Positions 21,253-34,489 of a stretch of 52,842 nucleotides of DNA are shown here, one piece after another; positions within the stretch are counted from its first letter, which is position 1, and each line of letters begins with the position of its first letter. The notes beneath the pieces are model-generated. The model made no database searches. It saw only the letters and a program-made list of their open reading frames with translations, and was not told the DNA's origin. The stretch lies in NCBI RefSeq assembly GCF_001194135.2, contig NC_068993.1, positions 51,575,712 to 51,628,553 of the forward strand, given 5' to 3'. The DNA comes from Octopus bimaculoides (lineage: Eukaryota). The position numbers were made by a program, and so were the translations under genes.

Positions 21253-21335
21253 CTAGACTTGCTAGACTTGCTAACTTGCTAGACTTGCTAGACTTGCTAG
21301 ACTTGCTAGACTTGCTAGACTTGCTAGACTTGCTA
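21253..21335. repeat. 9-bp tandem repeat (CTAGACTTG)n, ~9 copies
   Basis: Direct reading; one unit has a 1-nt deletion. Confidence 0.95.
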
Positions 21336-21446
21336 ACGACGTTGTTAATTTTTAATATAGTTTAAATTGTTTGTTAGATTTAACATCGGCATTGCTAGTG
21401 TTGCTATCGACATTGTTGCTATGAGCAAAATCGATAGCAAACCGGA

Positions 21447-21666
21447 ATAAAATGCTGCTAAGCATTTTGTCCGGTGCTTAGTGGCAGTTTGTCCGTCTTT
21501 ATGTTATTCAGTTCAAATTCCACCGGGATTAACTTTGCCTTTCATTCTTTCGGGGTCGATGAAATAAGTGCCAACTGGGCACTGGGGTCCAACTATTCGA
21601 CATGCACCCTGCCCCAAAATGTCAGGCCATGTACCTGTATTGGAAAGGATTATTATTATTATTATT
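21447..21666 (+). mobile_element. SINE family A with (ATT)n tail
   Basis: CAGTTCAAATTCCACCGGG..CTTTGCCTTTCATTCTTTCGGGGTCGATGAAATAAG..GGAAAGGATTATTATT. Confidence 0.85.
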
Positions 21667-21887
21667 GTTCAGTAGTTTTATTTTTATAACGTGCTTTCAC
21701 TTCACTACCGAGCGCAGCTCTGTGTGCCTTGGGTATGTGCTGTGGTTTGCTGTGATGCTCTTATGGTTACAGTATTGAAAGTGTTTTGCGTAGGATGTGT
21801 GCAGTACCCAGTAGTGCAATTTTCTGTATGCTATATATATTTGTAAGTCCTGGTGTTTTTTTTATGTATTTGTCTGAATATTTTTTT
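21667..21887 (-). mobile_element. 5'-truncated R4/Dong-like non-LTR retrotransposon 3' end
   Basis: Minus ORF end KYIKKTPGLTNIYSIQKIALLGTAHILRKTLSIL* (QK.ALLGTAHILRK is typical of R4/Dong C-termini), ~100-nt 3' UTR, triplet tracts on both sides. Confidence 0.8.
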
Positions 21888-21909
21888 ATCATCATCATCA
21901 TCATCATCA

Positions 21910-21952
<43 letters not shown>

Positions 21953-22320
21953 CATTATTNNNNNNNNNNNNNNNNNNNNNNNNNNNNNNNNNNNNNNNNN
22001 NNNNNNNNNNNNNNNNNNNNNNNNNNNNNNNNNNNNNNNNNNNNNNNNNNNNNNNNNNNNNNNNNNNNNNNNNNNNNNNNNNNNNNNNNNNNNNNNNNNN
22101 NNNNNNNNNNNNNNNNNNNNNNNNNNNNNNNNNNNNNNNNNNNNNNNNNNNNNNNNNNNNNNNNNNNNNNNNNNNNNNNNNNNNNNNNNNNNNNNNNNNN
22201 NNNNNNNNNNNNNNNNNNNNNNNNNNNNNNNNNNNNNNNNNNNNNNNNNNNNNNNNNNNNNNNNNNNNNNNNNNNNNNNNNNNNNNNNNNNNNNNNNNAT
22301 ATATATATATATATATATAT

Positions 22321-22477
22321 ACGACAGGCTGTTTTCAGTTTCCGTCTACCAAAATCCACTCACACGACTTTGGTCAGCCCGAGGCTATAGTAAGAGACAC
22401 TTGCCCAAGTTGCCACGCTGTGAGACTGAACCAAGAAACCATGTGGTTGGTAAGCAAACTACTTACCGCACAGCGCT
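22321..22477 (-). mobile_element. SINE family B head and CORE-like part
   Basis: TTCAGTTTCCGTCTACCAAAATCCACTCAC..GAGGCTATAGTA..ACACTTGCCCAAG..CATGTGGTTGGTAAGCAAACTACTTACC. Confidence 0.92.
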
Positions 22478-22680
22478 GTTGTTGTTGTTGTCGTTGTTGT
22501 TGTTAAAGACATACATGCTGGTTCTGGTAATAGTGTCATTGTTGGTGCTGTTGTAGTTGCTCTCACCAGTCTTGGTACAGCTGCATGCCTTCAATGCTAT
22601 TCCACTCGCTGCATGTGGAATATATTTCATCGGTCACTTGTGCGTTGGTACTGAAGAGTATATCATTACATGTGAATATA

Positions 22681-22682
<2 letters not shown>

Positions 22683-22757
<75 letters not shown>

Positions 22758-22760
22758 TGT
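22683..22760. repeat. (TG)n microsatellite
   Basis: Direct reading. Confidence 0.95.
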
Positions 22761-23025
22761 TTGTATGTATAAGCTGGTGAGACATATATCTCGTGTTACA
22801 TGTCTTTCAAGCTGGTGTATATATTGTGACTGTCATTGACTATATTACTGCATTGGCTTTGCTTTCGATTTTTATAATATTTAACTTATTGTCAGTGTCA
22901 TTCTATACTACATACATATATGTATGTATATTTTTATGTATGTATGTATGCATGTACGTATGTATGTATGTTTGTATGTATGTATGCATGCATGTACGTA
23001 TGTGTGTATGTATTATATATATATG

Positions 23026-23069
<44 letters not shown>

Positions 23070-23475
23070 AGTGTGTATGAATATATATATGTGAGTATAC
23101 ACACACATATACACACGTAGACAAGTGTATGTATATGTGTGCATCACATACACACACATACAAACACGCATATGCATATATATGAACATATATATGCGGA
23201 TCAGTGTACAGAGATGTCAATACTGATGGCGAATATGTTTATCTGATTTAAATGTACAGAAATTAGAATAAAGAAAATCAAAATAGAGAAATCTCCGTTC
23301 ATTTTTAAATACACATGTTTACATGCTGGAATAGAATTTGCATTGAAAATCTTTGTCTTTATCTGTTCTTCTTTCTAATTGTTATTTGTTATCGACATAA
23401 ACCTGATCGCTGCTTCACGAATATTGTTTTCCTTGGAAGAGATGATGCTATAATCAGTAAATTACAACTATAAAC

Positions 23476-23516
<41 letters not shown>

Positions 23517-23958
23517 TTTTATTCTTTTACTTCTTTCNNNNNNNNNNNNNNNNNNNNNNNNNNNNNNNNNNNNNNNNNNNNNNNNNNNNNNNNNNNNNNN
23601 NNNNNNNNNNNNNNNNNNNNNNNNNNNNNNNNNNNNNNNNNNNNNNNNNNNNNNNNNNNNNNNNNNNNNNNNNNNNNNNNNNNNNNNNNNNNNNNNNNNN
23701 NNNNNNNNNNNNNNNNNNNNNNNNNNNNNNNNNNNNNNNNNNNNNNNNNNNNNNNNNNNNNNNNNNNNNNNNNNNNNNNNNNNNNNNNNNNNNNNNNNNN
23801 NNNNNNNNNNNNNNNNNNNNNNNNNNNNNNNNNNNNNNNNNNNNNNNNNNNNNNNNNNNNNNNNNNNNNNNNNNNNNNNNNNNNNNNNNNNNNNNNNNNN
23901 NNNNNNNNNNNNNNNNNNNNNNNNNNNNNNNNNNNNNNNNNNNNNNNNNNNNNNNNAG

Positions 23959-24113
23959 ATTCTAGTCGATTAGATTGACTCCAGTACGCAACTGGTACTT
24001 AATTTATCGACGCCGAAAGAATGAAAGGCAAAGTAGAGCTCAGCAAAATTTGAACTCAGAGCATGAGACAGACGAAATGCCGCTAAATATTTCGCTCGGC
24101 GTGCTAACGTTTC
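23959..24113 (-). mobile_element. SINE family A, older copy lacking its first ~15 nt
   Basis: Begins GAAACGTTAGCACGCC on the minus strand directly after the tail of 24114-24320; runs into a gap. Confidence 0.85.
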
Positions 24114-24320
24114 TTAATTCTTTATTGCCCACAAGAGGCTAAACATAGAGGGGACAAACAAGGACAGAGAAAGGGGTTAAGTCGATTACATCGACCCCAG
24201 TACGTAACTGGTACTTAATTTATCGACCTCGGCAGAATTTGAACTCAGAAGGTAACGGCACACGAAATACCTCTAAGCATTTCGCCGGGCGTGCTAACGT
24301 TTCTGCCAGCTCGCCGCCTT
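24114..24320 (-). mobile_element. Young SINE A subfamily (..TGTTTAGCC..GGGCAATAAAGAA tail) with a ~30-bp internal deletion
   Basis: Tail nearly identical to 46349-46578; the segment between GAGGTCGA and GGGTCGA is missing (GGTCGA microhomology). Confidence 0.92.
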
Positions 24321-24350
24321 AACTGATATTTCACTACGTGTCCCTTTTGT

Positions 24351-24566
24351 ATATCTGCACTTGCTCTATCACTCTTTGATTCATATAGATATTTACACTT
24401 GCTGTATCATTCTATTGATCATGTGGATATTTACACGTACTATTTCACTCTATGATTTGTATATGGATATATACACTTACTATTTCACTGAGTAGCTCTC
24501 ATAGATATTCTCACTGAATGTTTTACTCTTTAACTATTATAGCTATTTACCCTAGCTGTTTCACCA
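24351..24566. repeat. Degenerate ~38-40-bp minisatellite, ~6 copies
   Basis: Recurrent ATATTTACACTTGCT.TATCACTCT..GAT..ATAG units. Confidence 0.7.
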
Positions 24567-25091
24567 ATATCTATCATACTTTATCGACTCCTTTTGTGGC
24601 AGTCACACTCGCTCATCATAGCACTGTATCTCAGCTATGAATTTTTATTTCTGATTGGGTAATCCAATTCATTCAAAGGTTATAATTATTAAAAGGAAAA
24701 TTTTAAATAGCGGAAACTGAAAATGAATTCGTAAGCTTAATGTCGATGTACAAATTTCAGATTTCAGGTGGAAATTTAATATGGCTTTAAATTGCAATTA
24801 CGGGGTAAGTGTTAGATATTTCAAACAAAAACTTCTCAGAAACGTTGAAAAATCGCAACTGTACATCATCTGTAAAACTGAACAAACGTTGGTAATCATC
24901 TCGTTGAAGAATATTGCAATTCAGAATCTTATTAGCCTTGTCCGTAATTAGAGATTGCACATCGGGTTGCTTCATCATCAACATCGTTGTCCGCATCATC
25001 ATCACCATCATCTTCATCATGATTGTCATCGCTATCGTCGTAGTCATCATTATCATCATTATCATCATCAAGTCACTACCATGTGAATTAC

Positions 25092-25146
<55 letters not shown>

Positions 25147-25177
25147 TAGATAGATAGATAGATAGACGGATGGACAG

Positions 25178-25232
<55 letters not shown>

Positions 25233-25285
25233 CGGATGGACAGAGATAGATAGATATATAGATAGATAGATTGATAGATAAATAA

Positions 25286-25318
<33 letters not shown>

Positions 25319-25320
25319 CG
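25092..25320. repeat. Compound (GATA)n microsatellite
   Basis: Direct reading; GACGGATGGACAGA interruption occurs twice. Confidence 0.95.
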
Positions 25321-26193
25321 ATATATATATGGATACATATATATACGTATATGTGTGTATGCTTGTATGCATGCATGTGTGTGCGTGTTTGCATGTGTGC
25401 ATATATATATAAATACACATACATGCTTATCCGTAACTTCGTGCACAAAAGACACATATACTTACACGTATAAATCTCGCTCGTACAAATATATGCAGAA
25501 AAATATTAACATAATTACATTTCTAAACAAAGATACAAATAGTAGCAACGANNNNNNNNNNNNNNNNNNNNNNNNNNNNNNNNNNNNNNNNNNNNNNNNN
25601 NNNGCATAAACATGTTTATAAGCGCATGTATGCACACAAAAACATGCGAAATCTCACACGCACGCACAACAGCGCACATCCAAACACACACATACACACA
25701 CGCAAACACACACTCATAATTGTCTTTCCGTTAATGTTTACTGTACTTCCCCCTTTTTTCATATGACTTCAATTTATATATTTTTTCTTAATATTACTCC
25801 ACTCAACCCACCAATATTAAGTTCGTTACCAGAGATCGATTTTAAAACCTAACTGTCGATATTGATTCGGTTTGGCTTACTTGAGTTTCGATTCGCCGTC
25901 TTTTCTTCCCATTCCCGTCTCTGATTCAATACAAGGATGGATTTTTACACTAGCACTAAAGGAAACGGTTCACTTAGATTCAATTTTCTCTTTATATATA
26001 CACATATATACATGTGTATATATATATATATTTGTGTTTATTTTCGTGATTGGTTTCGTTTCATTCTCCTTAAGCTCCCAACTTCAATCCCTCTTTCTCA
26101 AAATTTTCTTGTTGGCTGACTCCTTTATGCATGCTTCTCATACTCTCTCACTCGCTCGCACCCCAATTATCTCCCTCTCTCTTTCTCTCTATC

Positions 26194-26278
<85 letters not shown>

Positions 26279-26545
26279 NNNNNNNNNNNNNNNNNNNNNN
26301 NNNNNNNNNNNNNNNNNNNNNNNNNNNNNNNNNNNNNNNNNNNNNNNNNNNNNNNNNNNNNNNNNNNNNNNNNNNNNNNNNNNNNNNNNNNNNNNNNNNN
26401 NNNNNNNNNNNNNNNNNNNNNNNNNNNNNNNNNNNNNNNNNNNNNNNNNNNNNNNNNNNNNNNNNNNNNNNNNNNNNNNNNNNNNNNNNNNNNNNNNNNN
26501 NNNNNNNNNNNNNNNNNNNNNNNNNNNNNNNNNNNNNNNNNNNNN

Positions 26546-26586
<41 letters not shown>

Positions 26587-27175
26587 GAAAGTGAGAGGGT
26601 GAGCGAGAGAGAGAGGCATGCGCACTTGCTTACAAAGAAACACACACATGCATGCAGAAATATATATGTGTATATATACGTACGCACACACTCACATATA
26701 TTCCTATAGACATGCGATTCTCTTTTTATATACTTACAGTGATGTGAAGATATATGTGTATATATGTGTATATATGCATCTATGTATGAGTAACTGTATG
26801 TGCCAATATGTCTGTATACCAATGTGCGTATATATTCATATTCGCTTTATCTGATCTTGTACATTTCACCAACCATTTTAACTACATACATATCTACTGA
26901 TCTATCCCTCAATCAATATAAGTATTGATCACACAATTTATCAATTAATCTAGTTATATAGTTATTTGTTTACGCAACTCCGCATACATCTGCGCATACA
27001 TACATATCGCCGTGGCTTTGCATACGCATATACATATGTATTTGCGTAATTGCTTGTATATACATGCATACATAAATACACACACACACACACATACATA
27101 TATATGTATATATATGTAAGCCCAAGCATAAACACACATATATATATACATTGTTATACGTATGTATATACGTAT

Positions 27176-27210
<35 letters not shown>

Positions 27211-28601
27211 NNNNNNNNNNNNNNNNNNNNNNNNNNNNNNNNNNNNNNNNNNNNNNNNNNNNNNNNNNNNNNNNNNNNNNNNNNNNNNNNNNNNNNNNNN
27301 NNNNNNNNNNNNNNNNNNNNNNNNNNNNNNNNNNNNNNNNNNNNNNNNNNNNNNNNNNNNNNNNNNNNNNNNNNNNNNNNNNNNNNNNNNNNNNNNNNNN
27401 NNNNNNNNNNNNNNNNNNNNNNNNNNNNNNNNNNNNNNNNNNNNNNNNNNNNNNNNNNNNNNNNNNNNNNNNNNNNNNNNNNNNNNNNNNNNNNNNNNNN
27501 NNNNNNNNNNNNNNNNNNNNNNNNNNNNNNNNNNNNNNNNNNNNNNNNNNNNNNNNNNNNNNNNNNNNNNNNNNNNNNNNNNNNNNNNNNNNNNNNNNNN
27601 NNNNNNNNATATATATGTATATATACGGGGAGAAAGAAATATACATCTACATCTACATGCACGTGTATGTTTATATATATAGATATAAACATATGCAAAC
27701 ATAACTATGTCGGTATATATGTATACGTGTATATATGTGCGTATGCGCTCATACATATAAGTATGCGCGTACACATAATTTAACTCACTTCTTGTCCACA
27801 TCTCTGCTTTCTTGTTCAGATTTTCCGCTCCACCACGCCCGCCCCTCCACTCGTTTATGTTGTTCCAGTATGCATTACGTTGTTATCGCTTTGTGTAACT
27901 GCTGTTGTAGTTGTTGTTGTTGTTGTTCTATTTGTGTGTTTTTTTTCTTCTTTTTTGTATCTCTGTGTATATTTTTCTTCACAAAATGCAGGAATGTAAG
28001 AGAAAAATCTATCATAAAATTAAATAAAAATTATACAAAATTCAAATATAAAAAATCAACAAAAAAAAAGCAGAAAGTAACACACCTTTTTCTGTAAATT
28101 ATTTCGTAAAATAACAAAAAACAGATATATCAGAAAATAATTATATACGCTTATATACACACTACCATCCATCCTTTTTATACACACGTACGTACATACA
28201 TTCGTACATGGAAGCACAAACGCATACACTAACATATCTCCGTATTTTTGTATATATGTATTTATGTATAGTAAAAGAAAAATTAATCTTGATCCAATAG
28301 AAATAACAATAGTAATATATCAACGACCACAACCACAACAGAATCAGTAAGAGTAACAGCAACGACAAGAAACAACAGCAACAACGAAAAGCAGGCCATA
28401 AAACTACAACAAGAATTACCACAGCAACACCAGTAAGGATGACAACAGCGTCATCATCCTCACAACGAAAAAAAAAAAATCATACAGATGCAAAGAAACA
28501 CTCTGCATCAGCGACGACTACAGCGAAAACAATTATAGCAATAAAAAGATTACAGAGGAATATAATTATATACACATATACATACATATATAAATAAATA
28601 A

Positions 28602-28652
<51 letters not shown>

Positions 28653-28664
28653 GATTAATGGGTG

Positions 28665-28708
<44 letters not shown>

Positions 28709-29779
28709 CACACATACACACACATAAATATACATACATACATATATATATATATATATTAGAAATATCAAATTTCTAAATCTCTCAGAGAGATTTAAGC
28801 AGTAGTGATGCGATAAAGTTGTTGTATATTGTCGACTTAATGTGACAATCCCAATAAGGGAATATACTACTGCTGTTTAGCCCTAGGAAGCTGGACCACT
28901 TCCTGTCGGCTTTGACACATAAGGANNNNNNNNNNNNNNNNNNNNNNNNNNNNNNNNNNNNNNNNNNNNNNNNNNNNNNNNNNNNNNNNNNNNNNNNNNN
29001 NNNNNNNNNNNNNNNNNNNNNNNNNNNNNNNNNNNNNNNNNNNNNNNNNNNNNNNNNNNNNNNNNNNNNNNNNNNNNNNNNNNNNNNNNNNNNNNNNNNN
29101 NNNNNNNNNNNNNNNNNNNNNNNNNNNNNNNNNNNNNNNNNNNNNNNNNNNNNNNNNNNNNNNNNNNNNNNNNNNNNNNNNNNNNNNNNNNNNNNNNNNN
29201 NNNNNNNNNNNNNNNNNNNNNNNNNNNNNNNNNNNNNNNNNNNNNNNNNNNNNNNNNNNNNNNNNNNNNNNNNNNNNNNNNNNNNNNNNNNNNNNNNNNN
29301 NNNNNNNNNNNNNNNNNNNNNNNNNNNNNNNNNNNNNNNNNNNNNNNNNNNNNNNNNNNNNNNNNNNNNNNNNNNNNNNNNNNNNNNNNNNNNNNNNNNN
29401 NNNNNNNNNNNNNNNNNNNNNNNNNNNNNNNTATATATATATATATGAATGTGTGGGGGTGTATGTGTGTATGTGGATGTTTGTGGTTTATTGGTTAGGC
29501 GGCGTTGCACTTATGAGCGTAAGAATAATGTTTCGATTCTTGGACCGGTCGATGCCGTTTCACGTTTCTTGCTGCGGACCAATCAGCTGCCAAAAACTGA
29601 GTAATGCTTCTTTGGACCGGACTGGCATCCCGTCCTAAGGGTGCAGGAAAAATTTGAACTCTACAGAATACGAGAAAACAGCCTTAAGAGCCTGCGGACT
29701 TTTAATAGTTTTTTGTTCATATATATTCATACATGCAATTATTATTTTTCAGCATATTGGCAAAGAAAATTTTTTCTTG

Positions 29780-30226
29780 TTGCGGAACTAGAAGCGATCC
29801 ATCGACACTTCACAAAGAAAACTAAGTAAAAGACATGGGCTACTGGGTGAGATTAAGAGAACTGAGACTCTACTCCCTGAAGAGGAGACGAGAGAGATAT
29901 ACAGTGCTATACATGTGGAAAATAATGGAGTTTCTGGCTCCAAATTTCGGAATTGAAATCTACAACAATTCTCGACTTGGACGGCACTGCACACTACCAA
30001 AGGTCCCATCTTATCTATCGAGTATACGAACCCAATATTGTAATAGTTTGGAATTCAAGAGACCACAACTTCTTAATGCCTTACCACAGAATATCAGGGT
30101 CTGCAAGGTGTACATATGGAGGCCTTCAAAAAACGTCTCGACAGCTTTTTATCTGCAGTTCCGGATGACCCCACATCGTGGAAGGAGGCACAAAGAAGAG
30201 AGTCAACGTCCAACTCGCTTCTTCAC
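29780..30226 (+). mobile_element. CR1/L2-group LINE ORF2 C-terminal fragment, running into a gap
   Basis: ELEAIHRHFTK..MGYWVRLRELRLYSLKRRRERY..WKIMEFLAPN..GRHC..QLLNALPQNIR..FKKRLDSFLSAVPDDP..SNSL; YxxRLxxLxLxSLxRRR and FKxxLD motifs. Confidence 0.88.
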
Positions 30227-30949
30227 NNNNNNNNNNNNNNNNNNNNNNNNNNNNNNNNNNNNNNNNNNNNNNNNNNNNNNNNNNNNNNNNNNNNNNNNNN
30301 NNNNNNNNNNNNNNNNNNNNNNNNNNNNNNNNNNNNNNNNNNNNNNNNNNNNNNNNNNNNNNNNNNNNNNNNNNNNNNNNNNNNNNNNNNNNNNNNNNNN
30401 NNNNNNNNNNNNNNNNNNNNNNNNNNNNNNNNNNNNNNNNNNNNNNNNNNNNNNNNNNNNNNNNNNNNNNNNNNNNNNNNNNNNNNNNNNNNNNNNNNNN
30501 NNNNNNNNNNNNNNNNNNNNNNNNNNNNNNNNNNNNNNNNNNNNNNNNNNNNNNNNNNNNNNNNNNNNNNNNNNNNNNNNNNNNNNNNNNNNNNNNNNNN
30601 NNNNNNNNNNNNNNNNNNNNNNNNNNNNNNNNNNNNNNNNNNNNNNNNNNNNNNNNNNNNNNNNNNNNNNNNNNNNNNNNNNNNNNNNNNNNNNNNNNNN
30701 NNNNNNNNNNNNNNNNNNNNNNNNNNNNNNNNNNNNNNNNNNNNNNNNNNNNNNNNNNNNNNNNNNNNNNNNNNNNNNNNNNNNNNNNNNNNNNNNNNNN
30801 NNNNNNNNNNNNNNNNNNNNNACATTTTTGGCAACCCCCACCCGCCACTTTGATATCTATCTGCCTATTTATCTGTCTATCAATCTACCTGTCTATCTAG
30901 CTCTGTATCTTCTATATATACACATATATATATAGAGAGAGAGAGAGAA

Positions 30950-31040
30950 AGAGAGAGAGGGTGTGTAAGATAAAGAAAAAGAGAGAGGGTGTGTAAGATA
31001 AAGAAAGAGAGAGAGGGTGTGTAAGATAAAGAAAGAGAGA
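30950..31040. repeat. 28-bp tandem repeat x3 within GA-rich DNA
   Basis: GAGAGAGGGTGTGTAAGATAAAGAAA repeated three times. Confidence 0.9.
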
Positions 31041-31110
31041 GAAGGAGAGAGAAACAGACAGACAGACACATAGACAGAAACAGACGGACACACACACGGA
31101 TAGAAAAATG

Positions 31111-31175
<65 letters not shown>

Positions 31176-33436
31176 AAATAAACATTCACTTTCTTTTTAC
31201 ATACGCCTAATCCTGCAACCCCACGCCCAAAATTGTTACCGCTTTCAGCACCATTTCACAAATACACACCAGAGCAGGACTTACTCTTCACCCTGAGAAA
31301 CATTAATCGAAATCGATACAAAGAAAGCACCACTAATCAAGCTCTTTAATCCACCATCCTAACAGAAATTCTGCTAATTCTTTGGCCTGCGCTTATGATG
31401 AAAGTACGACATAAGTGGCACACGAAACCTCATAACCAAGACACCACCTGACCACGAAAGCACACAGCAAATTCTGCGTAACATTGCACTATACTATCGT
31501 ATATATCCACTGAAGTGCATTACATAACATCAAACTGCACTCCACAGCATTAGTGCAGTACACTCTAACACCTACACAGCAATAATAGACTGCAATGTGA
31601 GGTTTGGATATTAACAACGATACGGAGCAGACGAATGGCATAGATTTTATACATATGCTGTATTATGGTATTATGGTGGATAATTACATGCATGTTATTA
31701 TTTGGGTGAAAATATAGAAGGGTTGTTAATGTAATTGATAAATTATACAGGTAATGTGGATTTCTATCGCCATTTGCGTACTGTTTTATATATTTTTTTA
31801 CTCATTTATTGGTGTTAGTATCTTGTTATATGTAGGACAGTTAAATTACACGTGTATAAAAATGCGTGTATGTGTGTGCGTGTATGTGTGTGCGTGTCTG
31901 TATATGTATATCTTTCTGTAATTTATCGTTATATATATATATATATATATATTTATACATACATACATACATACATATATTTTCTGATGCGTGTGTATGT
32001 ATATATATATATGCACACATATACATATATATATGTGTTCATGTATGTATGAATGTATGCATTCGTGTGAATATCTAGTAAAGTATCCGTATCTGCTGTG
32101 TATGCGTCTCACCGCATATTTTTCAACACGCACAAACATACACGCACATATACACACACATACACAAACGCACTTATGTGTACATATATGTGTGCGTGTG
32201 TAGGTGTGCGTGTGTGCGCGCGTACATGTATATGTATATATATATATATATATACGTAGATATATGTATATAGCTGTAGAGCTATATGCACACAAACACA
32301 CACATACATACCTGCATGGAAACTGCACGCACATTCATATACGCATTCACACCCACGCATCTGTTTAACCTCAAATAAACACTTAAACAGGCGTATATCG
32401 ATACATAAGCCTAACTATATCCATCTATAAGCATACGTACACACATACACACACGTACACACATACACACACGATCATCATGCGCATACGGTCATACATA
32501 TATTTACATACAGACTTGCATGCATCCATAAAATGCACAGACACACTTACATATAGGCACACACACACACACACACACACACGCACGCACACACATATAT
32601 GCACAATGCCACATACATATATATATATATATACACAGCACTTCAAAAAGAATCTATTATGTTTCCTTTTAACAACTACAACAATATCAACAGCAACTAT
32701 AACAATAATAACAATAACAGCAGTGCTAACAACAGTGAATTAGACTAACAACAAAATAAACGATTCAATAAAAAAAAATAATATAAACTATAAAAGTGAA
32801 TAAAACCCATAAAAAACCCAAACAAATACATTGATTTGCTGTGATTGGATATAGAATAGCAACATGAAGACGTCAGTTATTAATTGGTCGTCTGCTTCAA
32901 CCATTTTTCCTTTCGTTCTTTTTCAATTTTCCCCTCACACAAGATTATACATTGATTCCGGTATTTTTGTTGGGGGTTATTTATTTATTTATTTTAATGT
33001 ATTCGTATGCTTTACTTTTTGTTTTACGTTGTTTTTCAGATAAAATATTTTTCCCGCCTTCGAGATGATTGCCCGAATGAATAATAATAGTTTTAGAGCG
33101 CCACAACTCAATTGCTCGTGTGTTCATGTATGGGTTTGCGCGTATGCGTGCGCGTGCGCGTGTGTGGTTTGCGCGTGTGTGTTTGTGTGTGTGTGTTTGT
33201 GTGTGTTTGTACGTGTAAGTATATGTGTGAGTGTGCTAGGGAGTGGCAATGTATGATAGAGCAGTTACAAATGTGTGTATATAAGAGTTTATCCAAAAAC
33301 TTTATTTGCATGTTTATGTGTATGCATATATATATAGTTACATATACACGTATACATATATATAAATATATAGATAGATATAGATATATATATATACATT
33401 GATAGATATACATATATATATATAGTTACATATACC

Positions 33437-33474
<38 letters not shown>

Positions 33475-34489
33475 TATATAGTTACATATATATATATATA
33501 TTTATATATATATAGTTATGTATATATATATATAGGTATATATGTATATATATTGACACAGAGGNNNNNNNNNNNNNNNNNNNNNNNNNNNNNNNNNNNN
33601 NNNNNNNNNNNNNNNNNNNNNNNNNNNNNNNNNNNNNNNNNNNNNNNNNNNNNNNNNNNNNNNNNNNNNNNNNNNNNNNNNNNNNNNNNNNNNNNNNNNN
33701 NNNNNNNNNNNNNNNNNNNNNNNNNNNNNNNNNNNNNNNNNNNNNNNNNNNNNNNNNNNNNNNNNNNNNNNNNNNNNNNNNNNNNNNNNNNNNNNNNNNN
33801 NNNNNNNNNNNNNNNNNNNNNNNNNNNNNNNNNNNNNNNNNNNNNNNNNNNNNNNNNNNNNNNNNNNNNNNNNNNNNNNNNNNNNNNNNNNNNNNNNNNN
33901 NNNNNNNNNNNNNNNNNNNNNNNNNNNNNNNNNNNNNNNNNNNNNNNNNNNNNNNNNNNNNNNNNNNNNNNNNNNNNNNNNNNNNNNNNNNNNNNNNNNN
34001 NNNNNNNNNNNNNNNNNNNNNNNNNNNNNNNNNNNNNNNNNNNNNNNNNNNNNNNNNNNNNNNNNNNNNNNNNNNNNNNNNNNNNNNNNNNNNNNNNNNN
34101 NNNNNNNNNNNNNNNNNNNNNNNNNNNNNNNNNNATATATATATATATATATATATACATATATACATGCACACACACACACACACGTAAGCATACAGAC
34201 ACACAGACACATATATTTATATATAACGAAAATTGGACGTACGATCGCAAGACAGACAGATATGTGCTAACGCAAACAACGAAAATGTCTTGTAAAAAGA
34301 GAAGAGGGAAAGAAAGTCAGAACGAAGTATCAAGTAATATGTGTTTATGTGTGTGTATGTATCATATATGTATCTTCATGTGCACACACAGACACACTCA
34401 CACACACGCTCACACACATATATGAAATAATAACACCTCTAGTATAATAAATATTTTAAACTACATATAGTGAATTCTGGCTTTAGTCT

